From Amoebidium appalachense (lineage: Eukaryota > Protista > Ichthyosporea), in assembly GCA_963693365.1 (NCBI GenBank), contig CAVNZM010000004.1:3060389-3124388 (forward strand): a stretch of 64,000 bases of DNA, read 5' to 3'. The notes beneath the pieces are model-generated. The model saw nothing but the letters and a program-made list of their open reading frames with translations. It did no database searches and had not been told where the DNA came from. A program made the translations under genes and the position numbers. This document shows, piece by piece, positions 25,051 to 37,865 of the stretch (position 1 is the stretch's first letter; the number at the start of each line of letters is the position of its first letter).

Positions 25051-26492
25051 TACGGCAACCAGGCTCTGCACAGGTATCGTGGGTGAAGGGGCACCAATCC
25101 AACACCAAACGGTACGGTCAACGGAATAACGAGGCAGACAAGGCAGCCAGTGCAGGAAGAGCCCTCCCCCTCCCCCCCCCCCCCACCCCCGGCCCCGCGG
25201 TGGGGGGGAAATACTTCCTACGACTACAAGGCCACCGTATCCCCGGCAACATTCCCGGTACACTGAACCGGTTGAACAAGGACTTCCTCACCGACATAGC
25301 CGGCAAGACCAAGGCTATGTCCATACTAGCCGACCCCAGACTGCTCCCAGCCGAACGGAACCCCCTCAAGCTCAACAAGGGGCCCGCACAGGCAACCATC
25401 GGGGCCGTCAGAGGCAACATTCGTAGCCTGTCCCTGGCCATGGGCACCCTGCCTACCATGACACGGCTACACCGAGATCACCCCACCGTCGTTACACAGC
25501 CCACATGCCCCCGGTGCAGCCAGCATCCTGAGACCACCACCCACCTCTGGGCCTGCCCGGCCCATGCCGGGGAGGTCCCAACCCTGACCACGGCCATCAC
25601 AGCCTGCATCCACAACGTCCTGCACACTCGTCATCCAAACACCCCCACGGCACAGCACCACCATACGGCAGCCACGGTGGTAGACCAATGTGCATGGATA
25701 AACTGGATCGGAGGCAACGGTGACCCACCAGACCCCGAAGACATCAAGTGGGTCGAACGGGGATTCTGCCCACGATCGGTGGGCCTACTACTTGCAGCCA
25801 CCGGCACCACCAAGACCACCACCCGGGCCATCTTAGGAAAAATCACAGTAGAGTTGCAGTCCTTATTCTGTTCAAAAATTTGGCACCCACGGAACACAAC
25901 ACTCCCCCCCACCCACCCCAAAATGCAAAAACACCACCATATACCCACCACCCGTAGAAAGAAAAGTATGGCTCCCCAAAAACCCCAGACACCAACAAAT
26001 ACACCCCCCACACACACCCGGCCAGCCTGTTCTGACTGCCGGAACACACACAGACCCAGTGTGTAAAACCCACCTTTTAGTCCACAAAAACATCGCCACA
26101 ACATACGTACAACAACACATAATGTTAGGCAGCAACCCCCCCCCCCCACCACCACCACACCCCATCATCCACCCATACCCACCGTAAATACTATACACAA
26201 CACTTAGGACTTCCCAATACTGTAGATCGACCAATGGGAGCCCTCGGTTAACGTTTATTGCTAGGTTTTGAATGGAGGGGAGGACTGGAGCCTCCTGCCG
26301 GCGTGGCTGGGGTAGTAGCCCTGGGCAAAGTGTGTACTTAAAGTTAGGTTGTGAAGGATGGTTTAGCTTAGCTGAACTCATAGATAGCACCTTAACTAGT
26401 GTACTGTCGGTGCTGTATGGTAGACGGTAGTTTCCCTAGAGGGCCTGAAAAGGCCCTCCGGGAACAAACCGTGATAAAATAAAAATAAAAAA
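25051..26492 (+). mobile_element. 5'-truncated non-LTR retrotransposon (RNase H C-terminus, CCHC zinc finger, 3' UTR, A-rich tail) with 15-bp target-site duplication
   Basis: ORF 25005-26066 encodes VSWVKGHQ...RNNEADKAA (RNase H end) and CPRC...ETTTHLWAC. Tail is ATAAAATAAAAATAAAAAA. TTCAACACTTCGTTG occurs at 25036-25050 and 26493-26507. Confidence 0.92.
26424..26472 (+). other. 3'-terminal RNA stem-loop of the LINE (GAAA tetraloop)
   Basis: Stems ACGGT/ACCGT, TTCCC/GGGAA and GAGGGCCT/AGGCCCTC close a GAAA loop immediately before the tail. Confidence 0.8.
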
Positions 26493-27188
26493 TTCAACAC
26501 TTCGTTGCAAAAGCAATGTTGAGCAATGGCCATCTCGAGTGACCTTACACTATATCATAATGATGATGATCTGCACATCGAAAGTACCCCCCCCTCCCCC
26601 TTCCCCCCCTCCCCCCCCCCCCCCCCCCCCCTTGCAGCCGATAAGAAATGTGAACCATTGTAGTTAGTGGTTTCTCGTACGCAATGATCATGTGGGAATT
26701 AATACCGGGGTTTATGGGCATACACCCCGCACCCCACTGCGCTCACGAACTGGCGAGCCCGGTGTGGTGAATTCCGACTAGTCGGGTTTGTAGTCATTTT
26801 TGTGCTTAGCCCAATAGTATGGATTTTGTGCTCACAGTGGTTTGCCGGGCTGGATCAATTGATGCTGCTACAAACTTAATGCTAGAATTGTTGATAATAC
26901 AGACCGACGTCACGGTGCTTGTGTGGAAAATTTGTGTGTATATAATACTGTTGTGCTTCTGGGATGAAAGTTTACCACGTGCTCCCATAGTGATAAGCAT
27001 TCGTATTTACACCGAACAGGGATATAAACGATGCATTCTATTTTTTCCTGCATCTGATGAGATCTGATGTGCTAACAACAATCCCAACCCAATTTGTTGC
27101 GACTGTGTCAACACGAACAAACAATTGTTTGCCCACGGCTAAGCCTACTGCCCCCCCCCCCTCCTCCCCCCCTCCTCCTCCCCCTCTT

Positions 27189-27241
<53 letters not shown>

Positions 27242-28531
27242 ACACAAACACACACAAGCACACACAAGCACACACAAGCACACACAATCCCCCCCAATCC
27301 CCCCCCCCCCCCCCCAGGGTTTGTATGTGCCCTGCGGCAGCTTCTGCCCCAGCTTCCCGGCCATCTCCCGCCTGCTCGAGCTCTACATATTAGCTTCCTC
27401 CTCTCTTCTTTTCCCCCTGGCAGGCAGCGTGCCCAGTGCCGGAATGTGTGTGTGGGAATGGAAGGGGGGTGGGTGACGGGGGGAGGGGGGTGGGGGGGCG
27501 CCCGGGGGCCCAGGGGAAGAGAAAGGGGGGGTGGTCGGGGGGAGGCTGAGAGGAAGCCGGGGCACGCCCGAAAGGATTGGAGATGTCAAGGCTTTGCTTG
27601 GGAACTGGAGGAATCCACTGACTGAGGAATCTGTGCTGCGAGATAGGAAAAGAGCAGGGAGATCTTGTGGTGGCTGCGGTTTGGGGTGTATGTGTATGTG
27701 CGTGTGTGTGTGTGGGGGGGGGGGGGGGGGGGGGGGGGGGGGAGGGGGGCACGGGGGGGGGGAGGAGGGGGACGGGGCTGGGAGGGAGAGGATGGAGGGG
27801 ACCCCGGACCGATAAAAGCCAAAGCACGCCATGGCCTCCGTGTGGTCGGCCAATTCCCTTCTGTGCCTTTGTGCCCAAGCAAGGCCTCCTAGATTTTTGG
27901 CCCCAATACTATAATTCCCCACCAACACACAATTGTTCTTCGAAACACCATTGCCGCCAGCCATGTATCTGCATGAGCATTTGTGGCCAGGGGGTGCCAG
28001 CATGGCTTCACGCTGTACATACGCTGCAGAGATAACATACACACACACAGACAGACACAAAGGCACACACGGAAAATAACTTGCACACTTTCGCATCGTC
28101 AGAGGGCCACCAGAGAAATGTGTTTGTGTGTGTGTGTGTGGTACTGTACATGTGTGTGTGAAGGCATGCTTGCATGCGAGTATCGTGTTGCAAGCGTGAA
28201 GCAATTTACTCAAAACTTGTTGTGTGTGGAAGGTGGTATGTGTATGCACTGCTCGGGGCATCAGGAAGCTGTGGTTGTGTGTGTGTACATATGTATTTGG
28301 CATGCATGTGGCGTGTGATGTTATTTATGGGCCTATTCAGCAATGGTATGCGGTGTACGTGCCATGGTCTACACACTTGCATGTGCATGATGTGAGAGGA
28401 AATGGATGAACGTGCTCGTGACGCCAAGGCATTATGGGTGTATGCACGAGCGAAAGGTTTGGTCACGGTGTATATGCATCAAGCCGGATGGCCTATAGAA
28501 GTCACCCTTACGGTGCTTGCTCACCGAATCA

Positions 28532-28619
28532 TGGCTATAAGATAGTTCCATTTATTACGAATTTTCATGGTCACGTGGCTATAAGATGGTTCCATTTATT
28601 ACGAATTTTCATGGTCATG
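28532..28619. repeat. 44-bp tandem duplication
   Basis: TGGCTATAAGAT(A/G)GTTCCATTTATTACGAATTTTCATGGTCA(C/T)G occurs twice. Confidence 0.9.
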
Positions 28620-28852
28620 TAGTGGATATGTCATACATATACGAATAGACAAATAAGCCGGGAATCACAAAGCCCCTAAAATGTCTGCCGGCAGATTGCA
28701 AGGAACAGAAATCAATCACCAATCGGCCAATATATCTCATTACCACCCAGCCATTGGGCAGCAGCTATTTACATACATATGGGGCAGCGGGCACCTGCCA
28801 GCCACCAACCCCCAACCCACAGAGCGGGGGGACACGCAGTACACGCAGGCGC

Positions 28853-28976
28853 TTAGCCCTGCTGGGAGAACTCCGACATGATGTATGAGATGTCGTCCCA
28901 CGGGTGCCGGTAGAGACCCTGTTAAACATGATATGTGAGACATAATTCACGCTGTGTACACTCCCTCCCCCCAATA

Positions 28977-29011
<35 letters not shown>

Positions 29012-29799
29012 TGTCCGTGCTACATTAACCGTCTGGGGTGTGTTGGTAGCAGCTACGTGATTGGGTTGTTGAACGTCTGTCCGTGTTTGTGTGTGTCCGT
29101 GTGTATGTGGTGGTGGTGGGGCTATAATATAGCAGCTGCAGGCGAATGCAGGACGCGAGTCGGAGAGAAAGAAAGAGACATCTTGTGCGTGTGTGCATTG
29201 CTCTCTCTCTCTCTCTCGCTCTCTCATGTGTGTGTGTGTGGTGGTGGTGGCTGGGGGGGGGGGGGGGGGGGGGGGTTTGAATGCGTCAAAAAGTACCAAG
29301 TACACAAGAACAAACGGATAACACGATGCAGAATGCAAGCCATACATAAAAGAGTATGCATAATAAGCAGAGCCCATCCTCAGGGGAGGCCCACGTCATC
29401 CACAGTACCCGAGTTTCGACTATTCACCTCGTTAACGAAACCCAACTCAGATACTGTTTCACTTGAACATGGGTAGGTCACCCGTCTTGATCAGAGATGA
29501 GCAGCGTTGCTTATGCAGGCAAGGGCAGTGGGAAAGGCCGGGGGTTAAAGTTGCAGCAGTAAGCAGAAGAAAGAAAAATATAGATAGGAACTCAGGAGAC
29601 GGGGCTTCTAGGAAGCTCCCCCGTCGCTACCTAAGTCGATACTTCCCTGGCTAACATACTACACCAGCTGAAAAGAATTATGTCCCGAAGGCCGCAGAAT
29701 TCGCAATCAGAGGGGAAAATATGAGATTTGACCCACGCCGCAGGGTAGTAACACGCTTACTAGGGCGGAACTTTAACGTCTTCGAACGGAAAGGGGGAC

Positions 29800-29831
<32 letters not shown>

Positions 29832-30722
29832 AGGATGAGGAAGCATGTGTACACACCTGCTTGAGCCTCTTCTGGTCGAGGTAGTGGCCAATGAAGCCGA
29901 GGGTACGGCCAAACACAAACAGGCCATTGAGGGTGCCGATCTCGATGTACTCCTTCACCTCCTCCCGTGTGAACAGGCCGCACTCACGCATGAAGTCCAC
30001 AAACACAATGCCGATGGCACCGTCCACGTTAAGAATCAGGTTGGGCTTCTTGGACGTGGTTATCTTCTCGACCTCAAGGGCATAGTCGAGGAGGGGAGTC
30101 TTGGGGAAGGTCTTCTTTGCGTAGTTGCACACGCACACCACGCGCTTGTCCGGGTTGTTGATGGACTTGACACGGTGGCCAATACCCATGATAAGCTCCT
30201 TCTGGTCCCGCATGGCGTTGACAAACTGCCGGGGGGTTAGGTTCTGGTCAAACGCGCTGGTGAACTGCCGGGCAGCCCCATCCAGAGCACCGCCGAAACG
30301 GTCACCGATGGTGAGCAGACCAGAGCAGAGGGAAGACACGAGGTCCTTGCCGGCACGGGCCGTCACGATGGTGTTGTGTGCGCCCGAGACGGCTGGGCCG
30401 TGGTCGGCCACAATCATGATGCACATCTCGATGAACTTGGTGGCATAGGCAGGCAGGCGGCGCTTGAACCACAGCAGGCCCATGACACCGCCAATGCCCA
30501 TGTCCTCCTCCAGCACCTGGCTGATGGGCATGCCGGCATACGTCAGCTCCTGCCCACGCTCATCGGAGATGGACGACACAAAGCTGGTGGGCTTGCGGAT
30601 GAGCCCGAGCTCCTGGGCCCAGGCATAGTCGATAGGGATGTTGGGCCGGGGGGGCTCGGGCTTGAGCACAATCACGCCCTTGGCCACGAGGTCATCGTAC
30701 ACCTGAAGGGAGGGAAGGGGGA

Positions 30723-30761
<39 letters not shown>

Positions 30762-30842
30762 AGGGGTTAGAATGCGATACAGAGTACAAAGTACGCAGTC
30801 ATGACGGAAAGAAACAAAGAAAAACATAAACATTTAAAGCGG

Positions 30843-30876
<34 letters not shown>

Positions 30877-33531
30877 AGGGGTTAGAATGTGATACAGAGT
30901 ACAAAATACGCATTCATGACGGAAAGAAACAAAGAAAAATATACACATTTAAAGCAGGGGGGGGGGGGGGGGGGGGGGGGGGAAGGGGGTGAGAGAGAGA
31001 GAGAGGACCACTCTTCCTCCCACCCCCCCCCCCCCCCCCCCCAAAAAAAAGCCTTCTCCCACGCGTCCTTCAACAAACGGCAACCGGTAAAGAAAAACCA
31101 CACGCATCTACAACCAGATTAAGCCGTTTCCCTTCCCATCGTATCTCCTGATCAAACAACCTCTCATTCATTTGCATCATCTTTCACTCCGCTTTAACCC
31201 CGTGTATGTGTGTGTGTGAGTTGGTGTGTGAGTGTGTATGTTGGTGTCGCAGAGCAGCCAAACAGGGTTGATCAGTTTGGTAGCAATTTAGTTAAGAAAG
31301 GCTCTCCTTCCCGTCTGTGCATGTGCCTTCATGAATGCAGAAAACGTACAGGTCTGCTTCCGGTGCGTGCGTGTGTGTGCTTGTGCCTGTGTGTGTGTGT
31401 ATGTGTGATGTGTGTGAAGCAGTGGGCTGTGTGTGTCGTGTTTGTGTGTGGGTATGTGACGAGATGGGAAGGGGAGGGGAAGGGGATGCTTTGCATGCAC
31501 GCGTGAGGGTCCATATCCATATCATGCAACCTGCGTGCGTCACGTGCTACACTGAGTACACCCACACAGCAAACAATACCTGCTTGATCAGCTTGCCCAG
31601 GTCGTCGAACGAGGTGGGCACGTAGGCACCGGCCTCCTTCAGGGCACGGTTCTTAGCCACGGCCGTCTCCGAGTCGGCATTTGCGCATGAGCCGGCATGG
31701 CCGAACTGCACCTCGGAGGTGAACATGGAGGCGCACGTGCCGATGCACCAGGCCACCACGGGCTTAGTGATCTCGCCCTTCTTGATGGCCTCGGCAAGCT
31801 GGTACTCCTCAACACCACCAACCTGGGGTACACAGCAGTCAGTACATGTGTGTGTGTGTGTGTGCGTGTGTGTTTGTCTTTTGTGTGGGTGATGTGGTTG
31901 TTGAATGGGGGGGGGGGGGAGGGGTGTTTTTACATCGAGGTGTCCGTACAGAAAGCATAGATTGCAAGGAGGGAATGGTGCATTTGATGGTGGTTGCAAG
32001 GAATCACTCTTTTCGTGCATGATTGGATGGCCATGGGAGTGCTTTTCCGAGGAAGGGCCGAGGTGGGGGGGGGGGGGGGGGGTGGGGAGGGGGGGGGTTG
32101 AGAGTGCAAATTTGTGTGGGGTTAGGTTACCCGGTTTGTGGGAACAAGGAGGGAGGGAGGGATGGAGGGAGGGGAGGGGGAGGGGGGGGGCAAACACCTC
32201 GCCAAGCAGGACGAGCATCTTGCAGCGGTCGTTGTTCTGGTAGCGGCGCAGATGGTCCATGAAGGACGTGCCGGGGTAGCGGTCACCGCCAATGGCAATG
32301 CCCTCAAACACACCGTTGGTGTTGCGGGCAATGATGTTGTTGAGCTCGTTGGACATGCCACCAGACCGAGACACATAGGCCACAGAGCCGGGGCGATACA
32401 GCTTGGACGAGATGATGTTGTCCATCATGCCGCCAGTGTTGCCGATGCGGAAGCAGCCGGGCTTGATGCCACCCACTGTGGCAGGCCCGATGATGACGAC
32501 GTTCTTCTCCTTGGCCACCTTGATGATCTGGCGGGTGCGGTTCTCCGGGATACCCTCGGCAATGATGGCAATCACCTGCACAAACACATTCAGAAACCGT
32601 AACAGCGAAAGCATGGCCGACCACAACATCTGAAGGTGTGAGGCGCATGTACAAGAGATGTGACCGGCAGGGGGCTTGTTGAGGGCAAGAGGAATGAGAA
32701 AAGTTTGTGGGCACACTGGGGAAAAGAAGCACCCCAACCGATGCTTGTGTAGTGGGCGGGGGAGGGGGTTTGAGGTGTTTGGGGGTGGGGGTGGGGGGGA
32801 AGGAGTCGAGCAGGCTGGAAGTGAAGGGAGGAAGCCCGTATGGAGATGAGCTGGGGGAAGGCAAGGAAGAGTGACGCCTAGAGCGTGGGGGTTAAAGTGA
32901 TCGGGCTGGGTTGAGTGTGTGTGTGTATTGGAGGGGGGGGAGGGGGACAGGGGAGGAGGAGGAGGAAGAGGAGGAGGAGGAGGAGGGGTGGGCCGGCGGG
33001 GGGGGGGGGGGGGGGGGGGGGGGTATATGGATCCGAGAAGCACCTTGATCTGGGGGAACTGCATGGCCTCAATGGTGGTGTCGTAGGCCGAGCGGAAGGA
33101 GGCAAAGTTGATCATCACATCGACCTCGGGATACTTCTCCAGGGCAGAGCCGATGTTGGGGTAGACGGGGATCAACATCTCCTTGGTGCCCCAGTAGAAC
33201 TTCTGCATGTGGAAGCCCCCGAACGGGTAGATCATGGCGGCCACAGAGGGTGTCTTGCGGCCGCACAGGTTGTCAAAGTCCAACATGCCCTGCACGGCAC
33301 GAGCCTGCATGCCGTAGACAATGCAGCGTGTGTCCTTGGTGAACAGCACGTCGGCAGATCGCACCTCGGGGGTCTCGGGCTGGGCGGCGGCAGTGTTTGC
33401 TGCGCCCTTCTCGCTCTTGCTGGGCACAGGGTTGTCACCGCTGTCAAGGAGACCACGGCCAAAGCTCTCATCCTGTGCAATCGAATAGTTGTGAGTGGCC
33501 GGGCGCCGACAAGCAAATTGCCTGGGGGGGT

Positions 33532-33569
<38 letters not shown>

Positions 33570-35077
33570 GGAGACGCAGGATAGGCATTGGGAGAAACAA
33601 GAGGCTATCCTATGAAGGATAAGCCCATGGCCGAGGCTGACCATGTAAGGGGGGTGGAGGGGGGGGGGGGGCTGGAGGGGGGCTCAATGGGGAGAAAGGA
33701 AGTAGTGGGGGCAGGAAGCCCTGGTGAAGACAGGGGGAGGGGAAGGGGGGAGAAGGCAGGGAGAAGCGAGAGAAGAGCAGGGGCAGGGCAGGAAGTACCC
33801 CACACTGAGTGGGGGGAGGCAGGAGTGGAGGGGGCAGGTCGAGCGACAGGAAGTTGGAGAAGAGGGGTGGCATGAAGCCCGAATGGATCGGGAAGAAGGG
33901 GGAATGGGGCTGGTCCGGGGGGGGGGGGGAACATCAAGACGGGAAGCAAGGGCAGGGGGGAAGGCCGAAAACACCAGGGCACTTGAGTGCGGGTGATTGG
34001 GTGTGGAAGGAAGGAAACCACAGGTTGATAAGGGGAACAAGCCAAGAGATGGGCCGAGAGGGGGGGGGGGGGGGGGTTTGAATGCGAAGTACACAAGAAC
34101 AAACGGATAACAAGATGCAGAATGCAAGCCATACATAAAGAGTATGCATAATAAGCAGAGCCCATCCTCAGGGGGGCCCACGTCATCCACAGTACCCGAG
34201 TTTGGGGGGGGGGGGGGGGGGGGGGGGGGGAGGGGGGCAACCGGCAACCCAGATACTGAAGAGAATGACACACACAGGAGGCTTGAGGAAGAGGGAGAGG
34301 AAACACACGGGGAAAGTTATCCAACAGAGATGACTGTACCCGGAGTGGGGGTGGGGGTGGGGAGGAGGGTAAGGGGGGAAGGAGAAGGGGGAGGAGGGGG
34401 GGGGGCAGGGGGGGAGATATATATGTACCTTGAAAGCAGCTTCGGGGTCAGACTCGGTGATGCCCATGGCCATGGCACAGATGGCCGTCATGTGGGTCTC
34501 GGGCCCGTAGACCTCGATGGGGACCGACATCTCGGCATCCAGCTCACGCATCATGCGCAGACCCTCCTGGTAGTTGGGCCCGGCACGGCGCACATAGACC
34601 TTGGCATTGACGGCCTTGAGCTTGGCATCAAACTCACGCAGGGCCTTGATCAGACCCTTGAATGTGGCCGCAACGTTGGTAAAGTTTGCAATGCCGCCAC
34701 CAATGATCAGCAGCTTGGGCCGCCCCTGGGGATCAGCCTCGCGAGTCATGAGGGAGAGCAGAGTCTTGGCATACTCGTATGTCTGCGTCTCACTGGGTGC
34801 ACCGGAGTACTCGCCGTAGTTGGCAAGCTCGTCAGAGCCTCCAAGGTCGCAGATGGTGTCGGCGTAGATCACGGAGGCACCGCCACCGGCGACCATGGTC
34901 CAGATGCGCCCCTGCAGATACGGAATTTAGTTAGTACACACTTAACATCCCAATGGAAGTTGGGGAGGGGGGAGGGAGGTGTTAAGGGAACCAGAAAAGC
35001 AAGGCTGAAAGCTTAAGGGAATGCAATGGGGGCAGGAGGAGGAAAGGGGTGGAGATGGGGGGATGTGGGTGGGGGCG

Positions 35078-35110
<33 letters not shown>

Positions 35111-35506
35111 GGGAGGGAGTAGCAGAGAGATGGGTGGACGTGGGAGTGGATTTCAAGATGAAAGATGCACAAGATTCTCGGGGCCAGTGTGGGAAAGTGC
35201 AGGAAAGAGAGGAGGGATTATTCTTGGGTGCGGTTAGAAAGAAGGGGGAGGGGGGGAGGATCCTTGGACACACGAGGGGTTGAATGTGAAGGGGAAATGC
35301 AGGATATAGGAAATAATGGGGGGAAGGATCAGAGCACATGATAGGGGCGAGGGCATGGAGCACCGGATGATAGGTGATGCCGGAAAGGAGGGGGGGGGGG
35401 GGGGGGAGGGGGGAGGGGATTGGGGAGGGGAGACTACAAATGCAAAAAGCAGCAACGGGTCACAAGCACAACAAAAGTTGTGTGTGTGTGTGTGTGTTTT
35501 GGGGGG

Positions 35507-35537
<31 letters not shown>

Positions 35538-37026
35538 TAATGCGGACAAGGGGGCGGGGGGAGGGGGGGGGTTAGAGGAAAAAGGCAGAGAGGGAGGCTA
35601 CCGAAGTTATCAGGTAGAGGGGGATAGATGGTTACACAAGATGGACTGACGAAAACAGCAGGCGGGTAGTTATGTCGAGGGTAGAGTGGGGGTGCAGGCA
35701 TTACAGATTCGGGGGAAGGAGGAGGGGGGAGGGGGCGAAGCGGCTGAGGGGGGGAGGGGGGGGGGAGGAAATAAAGAAATAGAGAATGAGCAAAGGGTAA
35801 AAGCAAGATAAGCGCAAGCTGCATGCAAGCTACGAGGAGTTCTTAAAAACAAGCCAAGATAAGGTCGAGTCAACCTATACACTACCCACAGGGAAGGATC
35901 TGTCGCATGAGCAAGTAGGTGATCATCAGCTTCACGGGAAAGGAGAGCTTAGCTGGGGCCGGGGGGGGAGGGGGGGGGGGAGGGAGGAGGGGGGGGGGGG
36001 TTGGGGGGGTTTCAGGGACGAGAGCCAGGGCCGCTCACCTTGGGGTTGAGAATAGTGAGCTTGAGCGAAGCACCACTCTTTGAATCGAGCTCAGCAATAT
36101 ACTTCTCCTCGGGGAAGGACTCACGGCCGAAGGGGGGAGGGAAGTCGATCTCACCCCACTTTGTGCCGACCTCGAAGTGTGCCGTCTCGTCCAGCTTTGC
36201 CGCCAGATCAAGAATGTAGACCTTGTCGTCCACCACCACCACGGGGTTGATTTCCAGGTAGGTGAAGTACAGGCCCACGAACAGCTTGTACAATGACTGA
36301 AGGAACTCTGCAAGGATCGGCTGGCGGGCGGCAGGCACCTTGGCAATGAGCTTGTTGACAACCTCCATCGTCAGCTCCTGGTCGGCGGGCAGCGTCACAA
36401 CCTCGGCCTTGGCATCGACGTCACCAACATCAACACCACCCTCGTGGTAGAAGAGGATAGTGTTGCCCTCACGGCCGCAATACATGGAAACGTAGTACTC
36501 GTCCTCCTGCTTGTGCGCCACAAACGGCTCGATGATGAACGTCTTGAGTAGACCCTCGCAAGCGCCGATCTGTAAAACCAGCCGTTAGCTAGACAATCAC
36601 AAATAGCTAGTAGCAAAAATCTACGTGCTACCCCCCCCCCCCCCCCCCTCCACCCTGTTCAACTCACAATCTTGAAGCAAAGCTTGGTGATGTCACATGC
36701 TAGTAACAAACAAGTCACCATTCCCCAATCCACCAACCCACCTTGATAGGTTTCTCCATACGCTCATTAATCCATGCCATGGCGCCGTCAAAGTCTGTGT
36801 TGACCTTGACAAGGCCCAGCTTGCCTCGCCGCTTGATAAGCTGGTCGGGCTTGGCCACCAGTTTCTCCGTCAGCAGCCATGGGTGCTCCTTGGGCAGAGC
36901 TGCCACATCTGTGTCCTTTGTGATTTGCACGGCACGGAAAGGTGCTGTGTGCTTGGAGCCATACTCCTCAATAAAGCGGCCAATAATGCCCTTTCCGTCC
37001 ACCTCTCTAACTGCCTTGGCTGACAT
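28853..37026 (-). CDS. ACLY: ATP-citrate lyase, fused single-chain type, 8 exons: 37026-36742, 36569-36039, 34911-34429, 33472-33044, 32575-32198, 31822-31580, 30702-29857, 28918-28853 (1086 aa)
   Basis: Motifs: [73 protein letters not shown] (phospho-His site), [33 protein letters not shown]. All GT-AG junctions are in frame. Confidence 0.97.
29276..29462 (-). mobile_element. Full-length copy of the ~190-bp SINE-like family in ACLY intron 7
   Basis: Near-identical to 53681-53867 and begins directly after a poly-G tract. Confidence 0.9.
30760..30955 (-). repeat. Two tandem, diverged terminal fragments of the SINE-like family separated by poly-G, in ACLY intron 6
   Basis: GGGGTTAGAATG(C/T)GATACAGAGTACAAA.TACGCA occurs twice and resembles GGGTTTGAATGCGTCAAAAAGTACGAAGTACACA. 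Confidence 0.6.
34077..34203 (-). mobile_element. Truncated SINE-like copy flanked by poly-G on both sides, in ACLY intron 3
   Basis: Matches the 29276 and 53681 copies up to GAGTTT, with a small internal deletion. Confidence 0.9.
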
Positions 37027-37175
37027 TTTGGCTAGGGGGAGGAGATACAGAAACAATAGGTGTGGTCCTCCAACCCACTTTTTGGATTCTGAGGACCAGA
37101 GAGAACGACAGCCCAAAAAATAGAACCGAATTTGATGAGCCTTGACGACGGGTGAAAGTCAACAATGACCTGTAA

Positions 37176-37247
37176 CCAATAATAGCGCCGCAGAAGTCGA
37201 ATCACTATTTAGTCAACCAATCATGCCGCGCCGTATATGTTACGTCA
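37176..37247 (-). promoter_or_regulatory. Putative ACLY promoter elements
   Basis: CCAAT at 37176 and 37217 and a CRE-like TTACGTCA at 37240, 150-220 bp upstream of the ATG. Confidence 0.45.
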
Positions 37248-37805
37248 AAGATCTGCGCACACATAGAGGCGAGCGTTACACGGCCAAATTGTGGTGGTAA
37301 AACAGAATTAGGCTAGCCGTGTTGTAAGGAGATTATCTTTTTATTTGATTTATTAGTATTTTGAATATGTTTCCTAGGCATATATTTAGGTGTGAAGGTC
37401 AGGGTTTTGAAACATCCTTTGCTTCAATTGCTTGTTGGCTACCCCCTGGATCTACGATTGGATACAAATCACATACATGCTAAGGACAGAGGAATTTCTG
37501 ATAGCCTGAAAATTTGCGAAATCTACAGATCCAGCATTGGCCTACATGCACTCCCCCAGGGGCTGCGGGTTACTTAGGAAGGGCAAGATCTTTTTTATTT
37601 TGGAAAGGCTTTAAGTTTTAATAAGCTAAAAATGTGCTGACTTAATGTCCTCTACATATACGTATACCACATTATGGACGAGCATGATCGATTATCCAAC
37701 TTGTATACATTGAATATTTCGGGTTGTGCAGGCCGGGGAAGCATGCATGAGTGATGCACGCACACGACCGGTATAGGTTCGTACGACCATGGAACAATCA
37801 TTCGA

Positions 37806-37808
<3 letters not shown>

Positions 37809-37863
<55 letters not shown>
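37809..37863. repeat. Poly-A tract (55 nt)
   Basis: Direct inspection. Confidence 0.9.

Positions 37864-37865
<2 letters not shown>

Noticed and set aside
37700-37863. Poly-A tract as the tail of a retrocopy
   Set aside because: No TSD and no recognisable upstream element or coding remnant.
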